Shown piece by piece: positions 1 to 7,997 of a stretch of 32,000 nt of DNA. Below the pieces are notes generated by a model. It ran no database searches. It saw only the letters and a program-made list of their open reading frames with translations, and was not told where the DNA came from. Numbering within the stretch: the stretch's first letter is position 1; the number at the start of each line of letters is the position of its first letter. A program made the position numbers and the translations under genes. Origin of the DNA: Candidatus Saccharimonas sp. (GTDB lineage: Bacteria; Patescibacteriota; Saccharimonadia; Saccharimonadales; Saccharimonadaceae); assembly GCA_015256915.3 (NCBI GenBank), contig CP076101.2, positions 360,001 to 392,000 on the forward strand, in the 5' to 3' direction.

Positions 1-301
1 CAACCTGAGCAGCACCAGTGATCATGTTTTTAACATAGTCTGCGTGTCCAGGCATGTCAACGTGAGCATAGTGTCGGTTCTTTGATTCGTATTCTTGGTG
101 AGAAGAAGCAATCGTAATACCACGAGCTTTTTCTTCTGGTGCGTTATCGATTTGGTCGTACGCAATTGGTTTGTTAACTTCTGATGGAAGTCGTTTTGCA
201 AGAACTGCTGTGATAGCCGCAGTAAGAGTTGTTTTACCGTGGTCAACGTGTCCCATAGTACCAACGTTTACGTGTGGCTTTGAGCGGTCAAATTCTGCCA
301 T
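1..301 (-). CDS. tuf: Elongation factor Tu, N-terminal ~100 codons; the rest of the gene lies beyond the window start
   Basis: Absent from the ORF track because it runs off the edge. Reverse-complement translation from the ATG at 301..299 reads [37 protein letters not shown]...[13 protein letters not shown]...[20 protein letters not shown]. It carries the G1 motif GHVDHGKT, G2 RGITI and G3 DMPGH. A GGAGA SD lies about 10 nt upstream. Confidence 0.95.
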   Translation of the reverse strand, partial: MAEFDRSKPHVNVGTMGHVDHGKTTLTAAITAVLAKRLPSEVNKPIAYDQIDNAPEEKARGITIASSHQEYESKNRHYAHVDMPGHADYVKNMITGAAQV

Positions 302-336
302 TTTTAGAATTTCTCCTTTTATTAATAATATTATGC

Positions 337-380
337 GCGTCGCACGAGTCACTGTTTTAGCAAAACACACGACGCGACGC
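337..380 (-). promoter_or_regulatory. GC-rich stem-loop at the predicted 5' end of the tuf mRNA
   Basis: gcgtcgc (337..343) pairs perfectly with gcgacgc (374..380). An inner 5-bp stem pairs gtttt (354..358) with aaaac (362..366). The element begins 2-4 nt after the TSS predicted from the promoter at 389..417. No U-tract follows, so it is not a terminator. Confidence 0.45.
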
Positions 381-388
381 TACCTATA

Positions 389-417
389 ATTATACCTAAT
401 CTTCAATATTTTGTAAA
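389..417 (-). promoter_or_regulatory. sigma70-type promoter of tuf
   Basis: On the minus strand: TTTACA (412..417), a 17-nt spacer, then TATAAT (389..394). Confidence 0.65.
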
Positions 418-432
418 GAGGTTTTATAAAAA

Positions 433-1512
433 TTATTTTGAAACTTTATATAAACCCTCATGCCTCTGGTTTTCATAAATCAAAGTTGGAATACTCTTCG
501 TCTTAATTTCTTCATTTACAACTCGAATATTCTCTTTAATACGCTCCTGGATTTCATTACTTTTAGCTTTTTTTGAAATTTCCTCAACTTGCGTATCTGA
601 ATAACCCGCATCTTTAAGCCAGCTTTGCAAAATCTTTTCAGTTTCCTCCGCCGTTGTTGAAGTTTGATTTTCGCCATTAAACTTCTCTTGAAATAAAACT
701 CCTTTTTCATCCTTTTCAGTAAAAATCTTCTCAATAATCATCCATTCAGCCGAAATCTTCTTACCATTTTCAGGTTGAATTCCTCGAACAGCTTCAAGAT
801 ATTTCGAAATCAACTCAGAATTTTTAAACTTTCCATCAATCGGATATGGTAAGAGATGGGTTTTATGATTTTTAAAGAATCCGCTATTTTTCTGATTTAT
901 AAATGAGCGCCGACAAACAATACAACCAGGGTCAAAAATATCAATCGCCACGCTCGCATCTTTCGAAACTTCATTAGAGAACTCACCACGATAAGTTGAA
1001 TTTTTTACAACATAATCTTGCGCATTCCAACTTCGAAACTTTGCAGGCATCGCATTAAAGATCTGCCCCCAATCTGTAAACCATGAAACTATTGGATTTT
1101 CAGTATTTCCGCCATCGATTGAGCAAGCCTCAGTTGAATTTAGTGCACAAGAAGCCGGCCGTTGAATATCACAAGTTCCAAAAACAAATAGCGCTAAGGC
1201 TGATTTAATTACTGTTAGAACCGACCAAATTGTGATTAGAACAATCAAGCCAGCCACCGCCTCAATCGCCCAAGAAACTGGTTTTACCCATTTTTTGTGC
1301 TTCACAATTACTTTTCGAAGAATTGAATTTTTAATTTCATCTTTAAAATTCGAATCGCAAGCACGCAAAGTTACTCTTCGTGAGAAACAATGCATTGATT
1401 TTTTAAACATTTGATTGATTGATTTCGCTTGTTTTTTAAAGCCAAAAAGCTTCAAAGCGGGTGTAAATAACCAAATAATTAGCAAAACTATAAACGCAGC
1501 AATACAAATCAT
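433..1512 (-). CDS. Membrane-anchored thioredoxin-fold thiol:disulfide oxidoreductase (DsbA-like) with a Cys-rich two-TM N-terminus
   Basis: 359-aa ORF with two hydrophobic segments at the N-terminus. It has the CxxC motif FDPGCIVC and a C-terminal SIPTLI block resembling the DsbA cis-Pro loop. Its ATG overlaps the upstream stop as TAATG at 1510..1514. Confidence 0.6.
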   Translation of the reverse strand: MICIAAFIVLLIIWLFTPALKLFGFKKQAKSINQMFKKSMHCFSRRVTLRACDSNFKDEIKNSILRKVIVKHKKWVKPVSWAIEAVAGLIVLITIWSVLTVIKSALALFVFGTCDIQRPASCALNSTEACSIDGGNTENPIVSWFTDWGQIFNAMPAKFRSWNAQDYVVKNSTYRGEFSNEVSKDASVAIDIFDPGCIVCRRSFINQKNSGFFKNHKTHLLPYPIDGKFKNSELISKYLEAVRGIQPENGKKISAEWMIIEKIFTEKDEKGVLFQEKFNGENQTSTTAEETEKILQSWLKDAGYSDTQVEEISKKAKSNEIQERIKENIRVVNEEIKTKSIPTLIYENQRHEGLYKVSK

Positions 1513-2657
1513 TAGCTAAAAATCCTTTCCAAAACTTCTTTTAATTTTACAACATCAGCTTCAGTATTATGTAAGCCAATTGAAATTCGCACTAAGTGTG
1601 GCAGTTTTCGAACCTCTTTTAAATAGTAATGCGCGCAAAAATAACCGCTTCGCACCATAATTCCTTCATCGCTCAAAGCTTGTGCAATCAAGTGCGCATC
1701 AAGCTTATCGTGATAAAAACTAATCACAGGAGCCGGCTTTTTATTTAAAATATTAACGCCCTTTTGGTTTTTTAAAAACTCGAAAATATCTTTCGAAAAC
1801 TCATCAACTCGTGAAGTTTTCTTTTGCTTTTTCAGCCAATCAATCGCTGTTTTTAAAGCAATAATTTCGCCCCAAGCCTGCAAACCTGGCTCGAACAAAG
1901 CATGAATGTGCTCATCACCCAAAACTTCATAAGATTCTTTGGAGACACTTGAAACCATTCCACCACCAACAAAAGAGGTTTTTATAAATTTTGCAAAATC
2001 TTTTCGCACAACCATAATTCCAAGACTCGCCGAATACATCTTGTGCGCGCTCGAAACGATTGCATCAGCTGGAATTTTTTGAAGCAATTCATAGCTCGAA
2101 CCTAGCGCTTGCGCCGCATCGATAATCACAAATCCACCCTGTTTTTTAATTTTCTTTACCAAATCTTTAATGTTTTCAAGTCGCCTTCCATCAATATTCG
2201 AAGCCGCATTAACTACAACCAAAGCTTTCGAAAAATCATTTTCAAGCGAAATCGAGCCATCTTCTTCACGCTCAAGCATGATTCGTTCAATTTGGTGTTT
2301 TTTAGCGAATTCAATCGTTGAAAGAAAAACCGAATTATGTTCAATCTCACTAGTTACCACTTTCGAAACTGGCAATTCAAGTTGCGAAAGCAACAAATTT
2401 AAACCATAGGTTGTATTAAGCGTAAAGCTCACAAAATAATCTTTTTCTTTTAGCTTTAATAAATCTAAAACCACCTCACGAGTTTCTTCAACCTTTTCAT
2501 CAACTTTTCTACCCCAAGCGTATTTTACGCGCTCACCACAAGAGTTAAAATTTAAATAGTAATCATTTAAAGCATCTAAAACTGGTTGCGGGCGCAAAGA
2601 CTGACACGCCGAATCAAAATAATGAGCATTTTCTGGCAAATATTTAAAATCGTCCAA
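1512..2657 (-). CDS. Class V aminotransferase / cysteine desulfurase (SufS/CsdA-like)
   Basis: 381-aa ORF with the PLP-lysine motif SSAHKMYSASLG and the C-terminal catalytic-Cys block VRSGYFCAHY. Length is typical of the family. Confidence 0.8.
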   Translation of the reverse strand: MDDFKYLPENAHYFDSACQSLRPQPVLDALNDYYLNFNSCGERVKYAWGRKVDEKVEETREVVLDLLKLKEKDYFVSFTLNTTYGLNLLLSQLELPVSKVVTSEIEHNSVFLSTIEFAKKHQIERIMLEREEDGSISLENDFSKALVVVNAASNIDGRRLENIKDLVKKIKKQGGFVIIDAAQALGSSYELLQKIPADAIVSSAHKMYSASLGIMVVRKDFAKFIKTSFVGGGMVSSVSKESYEVLGDEHIHALFEPGLQAWGEIIALKTAIDWLKKQKKTSRVDEFSKDIFEFLKNQKGVNILNKKPAPVISFYHDKLDAHLIAQALSDEGIMVRSGYFCAHYYLKEVRKLPHLVRISIGLHNTEADVVKLKEVLERIFS

Positions 2658-2711
2658 AACTCAAACCTCCTTCTTTAACTTTTACCATTTTAACACAAAA
2701 AAACATAGGCG

Positions 2712-2738
2712 TAAAGAAAAACCGCCCAATCTGAGCGG
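2712..2738 (-). terminator. Rho-independent terminator of the 2746..3324 gene
   Basis: Minus-strand RNA ACCGCUC-AGAUU-GGGCGGU forms 7 bp including one G.U pair, followed by UUUUC. Confidence 0.6.
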
Positions 2739-2745
2739 TTAAATT

Positions 2746-3324
2746 TTATGCGAAGGCAATCCGTGTCGCCTGCTTTTTAGCGCGCTCAATCTCGCGAGAG
2801 CGCTTATAATGTTGGTCATGTCGAGTATTAATTCGACGACCATACTTCTTGTCTGTATGCTTAGTTTTTTGAACCTTTCGAATCTGACGATGATCGTCAT
2901 TTTCAGCGATAGATAAGGCTTTAATTACTTGCTGGATTCCCGGAATTACTTCCTTGTCTGCATAATTTAGCACTTCTTGAATTGTTTCCAGATCTTTCAA
3001 TTTCTTATAAATCTTTTCATATTGACGAGATGAAATATTCCTCAAATATTTTTCAGTTTTGAAAATTTCATCAATCAATTCACGTCGGCAGTTTAGCGCA
3101 TCAGCTAGTTGAAGTTCATAAGACTCCAACTCTTCTTTTACAGAACAACTCTCAATTCCTTGAAGCGCTTTTTTTAGTCCTTTTCGTGTTTTACCTTTTG
3201 AAAAATCCCTAGGGATTTCTGGTACTCGCAAAGATTTAACTCTTTTTTGCAATTGCAAAACTTCAGGACTAATAGTTAAAATATCACCATCACTTCTTCT
3301 TTGTAAAACTTCTGTTACCCTCAT
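2746..3324 (-). CDS. Hypothetical coiled-coil protein with a basic C-terminus (192 aa)
   Basis: The long ORF has its own promoter, terminator and a GGAGG SD 9 nt before the ATG at 3324. The track start at 3333 is a TTG lying inside that SD spacing. I recognise no family. Confidence 0.6.
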   Translation of the reverse strand: MRVTEVLQRRSDGDILTISPEVLQLQKRVKSLRVPEIPRDFSKGKTRKGLKKALQGIESCSVKEELESYELQLADALNCRRELIDEIFKTEKYLRNISSRQYEKIYKKLKDLETIQEVLNYADKEVIPGIQQVIKALSIAENDDHRQIRKVQKTKHTDKKYGRRINTRHDQHYKRSREIERAKKQATRIAFA

Positions 3325-3379
3325 AACGAGCAACCTCCTTGAATATTTTTAGTCAAAGTTCTAAGCTAAGACAAATCAT

Positions 3380-3408
3380 ATTTTAACACATAATCGTATT
3401 TTAGTCAA
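3380..3408 (-). promoter_or_regulatory. sigma70-type promoter of the 2746..3324 gene
   Basis: On the minus strand: TTGACT (3403..3408), 17 nt, TAAAAT (3380..3385). Confidence 0.6.
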
Positions 3409-3411
3409 TAG

Positions 3412-3437
3412 AAAATCGCCCTTTCTGAGCGATTTTT
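3412..3437 (-). terminator. Rho-independent terminator of the 3443..3841 gene
   Basis: Minus-strand RNA AAUCGCUC-AGAAA-GGGCGAUU followed by U residues. The CGCUC/GGGCG core is nearly identical to the terminator at 2712..2738. Confidence 0.55.
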
Positions 3438-3442
3438 AAATT

Positions 3443-3841
3443 TTAAGTACTATTCCAGTCATATTCACTAAAAATTCGAGAATTAAGCAACTGTCTAATC
3501 TCTTCCTTTCCTTGTTGCAATTTGCGAATTTCATTGTTAGCTTCTTTATATCTTTTCGAAGCTCTTTTCGAACGACGCTTGCGATAATCAAATTCATCAA
3601 CAAACCATTGATACTCACCACCATCAATTTTACCTTTCCGAAACTGTCTTTTAGCTTTCAAAAGATTACTTTTAGCTTCTTCGTAATCATTCCACTGATC
3701 GCAAACATCGTTCAAAGCCTCACTTCGATTAGAATAAGCTGAATTCATCAATTCACTAATCTCAATATCTTTTTCTGAAAGATTCACAACCCGATGATGA
3801 TCTCGTTCGATATCTTCCATTCTTAAAAGTCTTCCAGCCAT
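3443..3841 (-). CDS. Hypothetical charged/helical protein (132 aa)
   Basis: The ORF is flanked by its own consensus promoter and terminator. I recognise no family, and the SD is weak. Confidence 0.5.
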   Translation of the reverse strand: MAGRLLRMEDIERDHHRVVNLSEKDIEISELMNSAYSNRSEALNDVCDQWNDYEEAKSNLLKAKRQFRKGKIDGGEYQWFVDEFDYRKRRSKRASKRYKEANNEIRKLQQGKEEIRQLLNSRIFSEYDWNST

Positions 3842-3888
3842 AATTTAGACCTGCCTTTAAATTTACTAAGGATAATCCTCGTATCTTT

Positions 3889-3917
3889 ATTCTAATGCCT
3901 AAAATTCAAAATGTCAA
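3889..3917 (-). promoter_or_regulatory. sigma70-type promoter of the 3443..3841 gene
   Basis: On the minus strand: TTGACA (3912..3917), 17 nt, TAGAAT (3889..3894). It lies directly after the stop of the FemAB-like gene. Confidence 0.6.
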
Positions 3918-3918
3918 A

Positions 3919-4929
3919 CTATTTTCGAAAGATTTTGCTCAAAATTGTGCGTAAAAAATAACGTTTGCGATATTCACCAGCATATTCAATCGCCACACCG
4001 CGAAAACCAGCCTTAAAACGCAACAAGCTTGCCTTTGGTTCTGCCGTAATGCCATAAAAATTATATTTCGAAGCTCCCGCACGAATTGCTTCTTTAATCA
4101 TATAATCTTGCAAAAATGTTGAAGCTGGAATTTTGCGATATTCTTGGAGAGTTCCACCCTCAAAATAAACAACTTCATTTTTCGAAAAGATAAACACGCC
4201 AGCAGAAATTAGTTTTCCTTCAAATTCCACACCCATAAAACGCGCTCGCTCACCAAAACAAGTTTTTAAATTATGATAATATTTCTCATCACGCGTGCCA
4301 ACACCGTTTTTTTGGTTTGAACTCTTTAAAATCGCCACAAAATCAGTAAATTCACCCTCTTCAATCTTACGAACATTCACGCTTTTTTTTATTGCCGCGC
4401 GCAAATTTCGGCGTGTAGTTTGGTTATAAGTTGAAGCCACACTATCTTCGCTTAGCCCTGTTAGATCTTTCAAATAAACATGCATGTTTACATCCATATC
4501 AAACTCGTGTTTAAAGCCAGAATAATATTTAAAACCAGCTTTTAGTAGCGGTTTATTCAACCAATCAAGATTATTGCTTTCAATAATTTCAAGCTTATCA
4601 TTACGAAGTGCACGCACCATTTTTGGCAAAATCCGGTAAGAAATCGCTCCATGCTCGCGTGCAAATTCTTCACTCTTAACCAAAAAATCCATAAAATCTG
4701 CTTGCGAAACGCCATTTTGCTCAACCATCACCAAATCGAAACGCTTATTTTTGTTAGAAATCAACCCAGCAACTTCAATATTTTCATCATTTTTTAACGC
4801 CACAAAATAGTATTCTGCGCCGCGCTTCTTGCGCATTTCGGCAAATTCTACACTTTGTAACCAGTCAATGTTTTTATCTTGGCAATAGTTTTGATATTCT
4901 TCTTTTGAAATCTCTACAAGGCTTTTCAT
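3919..4929 (-). CDS. FemAB-family peptidoglycan interpeptide-bridge aminoacyltransferase
   Basis: 336-aa ORF. The C-terminal half matches the FemAB pattern: ...YNQTTRRNLRAAIKKSV...GKLISAGVFIF...VYFEGGT...YNFYGI...LLRFKAGFRG... Confidence 0.75.
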   Translation of the reverse strand: MKSLVEISKEEYQNYCQDKNIDWLQSVEFAEMRKKRGAEYYFVALKNDENIEVAGLISNKNKRFDLVMVEQNGVSQADFMDFLVKSEEFAREHGAISYRILPKMVRALRNDKLEIIESNNLDWLNKPLLKAGFKYYSGFKHEFDMDVNMHVYLKDLTGLSEDSVASTYNQTTRRNLRAAIKKSVNVRKIEEGEFTDFVAILKSSNQKNGVGTRDEKYYHNLKTCFGERARFMGVEFEGKLISAGVFIFSKNEVVYFEGGTLQEYRKIPASTFLQDYMIKEAIRAGASKYNFYGITAEPKASLLRFKAGFRGVAIEYAGEYRKRYFLRTILSKIFRK

Positions 4930-5028
4930 ATATCCTCTATTTTAACACAAAAAAACCAAATTTAAAACCAGACCGATAGCTGTTTTTACTATTCAAAGCT
5001 GGTTTTAAATTTTTTACTTTAGCTAATT

Positions 5029-5466
5029 TTAAGCACCCGCAGGTTTGTTTTCGGTTGGTTTTGGCTCAGTAGTTTTGGCTTTTTCAACCTTTTCAAAGTG
5101 TGCTGATTTTAGTTTATCTTTTAAGGCGTCACCCGCCACAAAACGAACTTTCACACCTTCAATCGAGCTTGCTGTTACACCAGATTCTTTAGCTTGACCT
5201 TTAGATTGAATAGTTGTATGAAAATAACCAAGTTTCCCAAGATGAACACTTTCGCCTCGCTCTAATCGTTTCAAAAGCTCATCTGTTAGTGCTAGCAAAA
5301 CTGCATGCACATCAATATGACTCACCGTAGTTGAGGTTTCTGAAATACTATTAGCGATTTCATCTAGATCAACACGGCCAGATTCAGCTAGTTGAGCGTA
5401 AAACTTTTTTGGCTCTTCTCGTTTTGCAGGGTTTACAAGTTGAACAACTTTATATTTAAGACTCAT
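5029..5466 (-). CDS. HU-like (HU-HIG type) DNA-binding protein
   Basis: 145-aa ORF with a GGAGGA SD. MSLKYKVVQLVNP...FYAQL..SGRVDLDEIA..IS..ST....DV.AVL.AL...L...L..G..V.LG.LG.F resembles the long Bacteroidetes-type HU family. Confidence 0.6.
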   Translation of the reverse strand: MSLKYKVVQLVNPAKREEPKKFYAQLAESGRVDLDEIANSISETSTTVSHIDVHAVLLALTDELLKRLERGESVHLGKLGYFHTTIQSKGQAKESGVTASSIEGVKVRFVAGDALKDKLKSAHFEKVEKAKTTEPKPTENKPAGA

Positions 5467-5497
5467 TCTTCCTCCTTGAAAGGCTTTTGATTTGTTT

Positions 5498-5681
5498 TGC
5501 TATAGCAGTTAATTAAAAATGCTATAGATGATTCTTAAATGTGCTTAGCAAATTTTAAAAAGTGATGTAGCACTTTTGTTGGTTTGCTATAGGGGATTAA
5601 AGATTCCTCCTTTCACCTTACCAAAATCACCAAGTTATTCAATTAAAAGTGCTTGATTTCCTGCTTTAATTATAGCACTTT
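5498..5681. repeat. Cluster of short repeated words in a 265-nt non-coding spacer
   Basis: TGCTATAG occurs at 5498 (as the perfect palindrome TGCTATAGCA, 5498..5507), 5520 and 5585. A 7/8 inverted copy lies at 5670..5677. An 8-bp inverted repeat AAAGTGCT (5646..5653) / AGCACTTT (5674..5681) brackets a TGcTATAAT-like minus-strand -10. A further AGCACTTTT is at 5569..5577. Confidence 0.7.
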
Positions 5682-5731
5682 GAACGGGTTAAGGGCAAGC
5701 GGGATTTACGGTTTCATCATAAAAATTATAG

Positions 5732-7993
5732 TTACTTATTTACTTTTATACATAATTGCCAATGAGTATTAAAATGATCTATGGCACTATTATCATTAAA
5801 ACACTTTTCTAGTATATTCTTAATATCCTCATTGTTCTTACCTGATATGTCAGTTGTTAAATCAAGAATACTACTATGAGAGTTTGCATTAAAAAGTCTC
5901 TTTGCATCCTTATTTTCCTTATAAAAATCTTTTTTGTTAGTAAAAGATATATAATCCTCTATGATACGCCGTGCCACGTTACACATCAATTCAGGCTTAT
6001 CCATTTTGTATAAGAATCCTAGTTCAAACCAAAGAGATTCATATTGATTTTTAAAATCCTCCTTATCTTTTTGTATTTTTTGTATTTTGGTTTTACCTCC
6101 ATAGGACATAAGCTTATAAAAATTGAATTCTTCATAAGGGTTTATAACACTGCCATCACTCTTTAATTTTCGGCGACATTCATTTTTTATGTCACGAGTA
6201 ATATTTAAATAAAATAATACATTATGTGTTAAGATAAGAATCTTATCTTCTTTTTTAGATTTATTAACCTGCTTAACTAGATCCAGCATCTCGTCAACAA
6301 TTAAGTATTGCATTGTATCATCATTTGAATTCATTGGGTCATCAAATACAATAAATTTGGGTTTATTAGAATTATTTTCTGAATCATCTAGACTTTCAAT
6401 AAAATAAAGAAGCGCAACGATATTTTTTTCACCAGTAGATAGTTCCTGAACTGGTCGAGTTTTTTCTTCACCTTCTATTTTTTCCTTAATTTCATAAAAT
6501 TCTCGACCCTGTTCATCTTTACGTTCAAGCGTAAAATTAGTATATTTTTCTAACTTTTTATTAATATTCTTAGCTAGTATTTCTGTATTTTTAGTTTTTG
6601 ATAATTGTTCATTAATTTTTTCTTGCTTTTCCTTTTGCTCTTTCTCATAATCTTCAATATCATCTTTTACTACTTGGATCTCTTCTTCTTTACCATCTAG
6701 ATCACTAATAGCGCTACTAAGCTCTGTCTTAATTTCTTCTATATTTGAATTCCTAATAATTTCTGCAATAGCATTATAGCGAAGCTTTTTTCTAGCTTTA
6801 GTTTTGTTATCTTTTAGGTTTTTAGTGTATTCGTTGTTTTCTTCAACTATTCCGTTATATTCTTCAATCTCTCCGACCAGTTTAGAAGGTAGTTTTTCTG
6901 ATTCATATGATATAGTATCGAATAAATTCTTTTGTTTTTCCTCTAAAGAGTCTTTAAGTTTTTTCAAGAAGTTCTGCTGTTCAAGTTTATTTTTATCTAC
7001 CTTTAGCAAAATCTCACTAATCGAGTTCTTAAACTCTGGATAAAAAACTTCTTCCTTTATAATGATTTTTTCTAATTTATTTTCATAGTTTTTAATTTCA
7101 ATCAACTTATCGCTAAGCTCTTTAGTGAATTTATCAATTTCACTACCAGAAAAATATTTTTCAAGTTTCTGAAGTCGCTCGTTGGTAACTATATTGCCAC
7201 AAAAAGCACAAGTGTCACCAGCACTATGGCAGTCTTTACCAGCTTCAGCAAATTGGCGTTTTTTATTATCATCGTCTAATTCTGCAATTTTTATGCTTGG
7301 TTGAACTGTTTTTAACAATAGGTTTTCAACATCCTCTTGTAAAACTGCAAAATCGATCTCATCTAAAGAGATTTTTTCTACTTCTGGTTTTGGGGTTGAT
7401 TCTATAGTTTCTTTCAATGTTGCTATCTCTTCATCAGATAGAATAGGACTCTTAAGCGCATCTTCAATTTCACCCTGAAAAGAATTCTTATCGTAACCTG
7501 TTGCCTTCTCAACAATTACAGGGTCTTTCATATTAGCAATTTTGCTTGCACTATTGGAATAGAATTTTTGTTCCTTCTTTTCTTTCTTTTGTTTTTCCTC
7601 TTCTAGTTTAAGCTTTTGTGTATATAAGTTTTCGCTTTCATCTTGCGGTTTGACAATTTTAGCCCTTTCAGCATCTATTTTGCCTTGAATGTCGGCAATC
7701 TCGCTCTCATATTCTTTAATAATCTTATCTATTTTTGTATTTTCTTCGCCAAGAACAATAGCATTTAATTTTTGATCATCACTAATAACAGATTCAAACC
7801 CTTGAAAAATATAAGCATCATATCCGTGCTCACCATTACTATTTTGGCTCCTTATTAAATCACAAATGGATGATTTGCCTGTACCATTCTTACCAAAAAC
7901 AAAATTAACCGACTTATCAAAATTAATCGACTCATCTTCAAATCTACTAAATTTATCATTGCCCGAATCTGTATCTTTTAAATCTACTTTCAT
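5732..7993 (-). CDS. rloC: RloC/PrrC-family ABC ATPase with a coiled-coil/zinc-hook insert and a C-terminal anticodon-nuclease-like domain
   Basis: ATPase motifs: Walker A GKNGTGKSS (7868..7894), signature LSTGEK, Walker B IVFDDP, H-loop LTHN. A long heptad-rich insert has a Cx7CxxC apex (CAFC at 7199..7210). The C-terminus carries ARRIIED (5954..5971) followed 27 aa later by NSH (His codon 5876..5878), which fits the Arg/Glu/His ACNase triad pattern. The preferred start is the ATG at 7993, 4 nt after the upstream stop and preceded by GGAG. The track start at 8035 is a TTG inside the upstream gene. Confidence 0.75.
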   Translation of the reverse strand: MKVDLKDTDSGNDKFSRFEDESINFDKSVNFVFGKNGTGKSSICDLIRSQNSNGEHGYDAYIFQGFESVISDDQKLNAIVLGEENTKIDKIIKEYESEIADIQGKIDAERAKIVKPQDESENLYTQKLKLEEEKQKKEKKEQKFYSNSASKIANMKDPVIVEKATGYDKNSFQGEIEDALKSPILSDEEIATLKETIESTPKPEVEKISLDEIDFAVLQEDVENLLLKTVQPSIKIAELDDDNKKRQFAEAGKDCHSAGDTCAFCGNIVTNERLQKLEKYFSGSEIDKFTKELSDKLIEIKNYENKLEKIIIKEEVFYPEFKNSISEILLKVDKNKLEQQNFLKKLKDSLEEKQKNLFDTISYESEKLPSKLVGEIEEYNGIVEENNEYTKNLKDNKTKARKKLRYNAIAEIIRNSNIEEIKTELSSAISDLDGKEEEIQVVKDDIEDYEKEQKEKQEKINEQLSKTKNTEILAKNINKKLEKYTNFTLERKDEQGREFYEIKEKIEGEEKTRPVQELSTGEKNIVALLYFIESLDDSENNSNKPKFIVFDDPMNSNDDTMQYLIVDEMLDLVKQVNKSKKEDKILILTHNVLFYLNITRDIKNECRRKLKSDGSVINPYEEFNFYKLMSYGGKTKIQKIQKDKEDFKNQYESLWFELGFLYKMDKPELMCNVARRIIEDYISFTNKKDFYKENKDAKRLFNANSHSSILDLTTDISGKNNEDIKNILEKCFNDNSAIDHFNTHWQLCIKVNK

Positions 7994-7997
7994 GTTT

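Noticed and set aside
22-389. Track ORFs 22..264 (-) and 171..389 (+)
   Set aside because: Both overlap the tuf reading frame (1..301, minus strand), which has unmistakable GTPase motifs. The two ORFs are low-complexity, have no SD, and one runs through the tuf promoter and leader.
5682-5712. GC-rich patch gaacgggttaagggcaagcgggatttacgg just downstream of the RloC-like stop, considered as a tRNA fragment, an att site or a terminator
   Set aside because: I found no convincing hairpin, no tRNA-like T-arm or acceptor pairing, and no matching direct repeat at the other end of the island (13130..13215).
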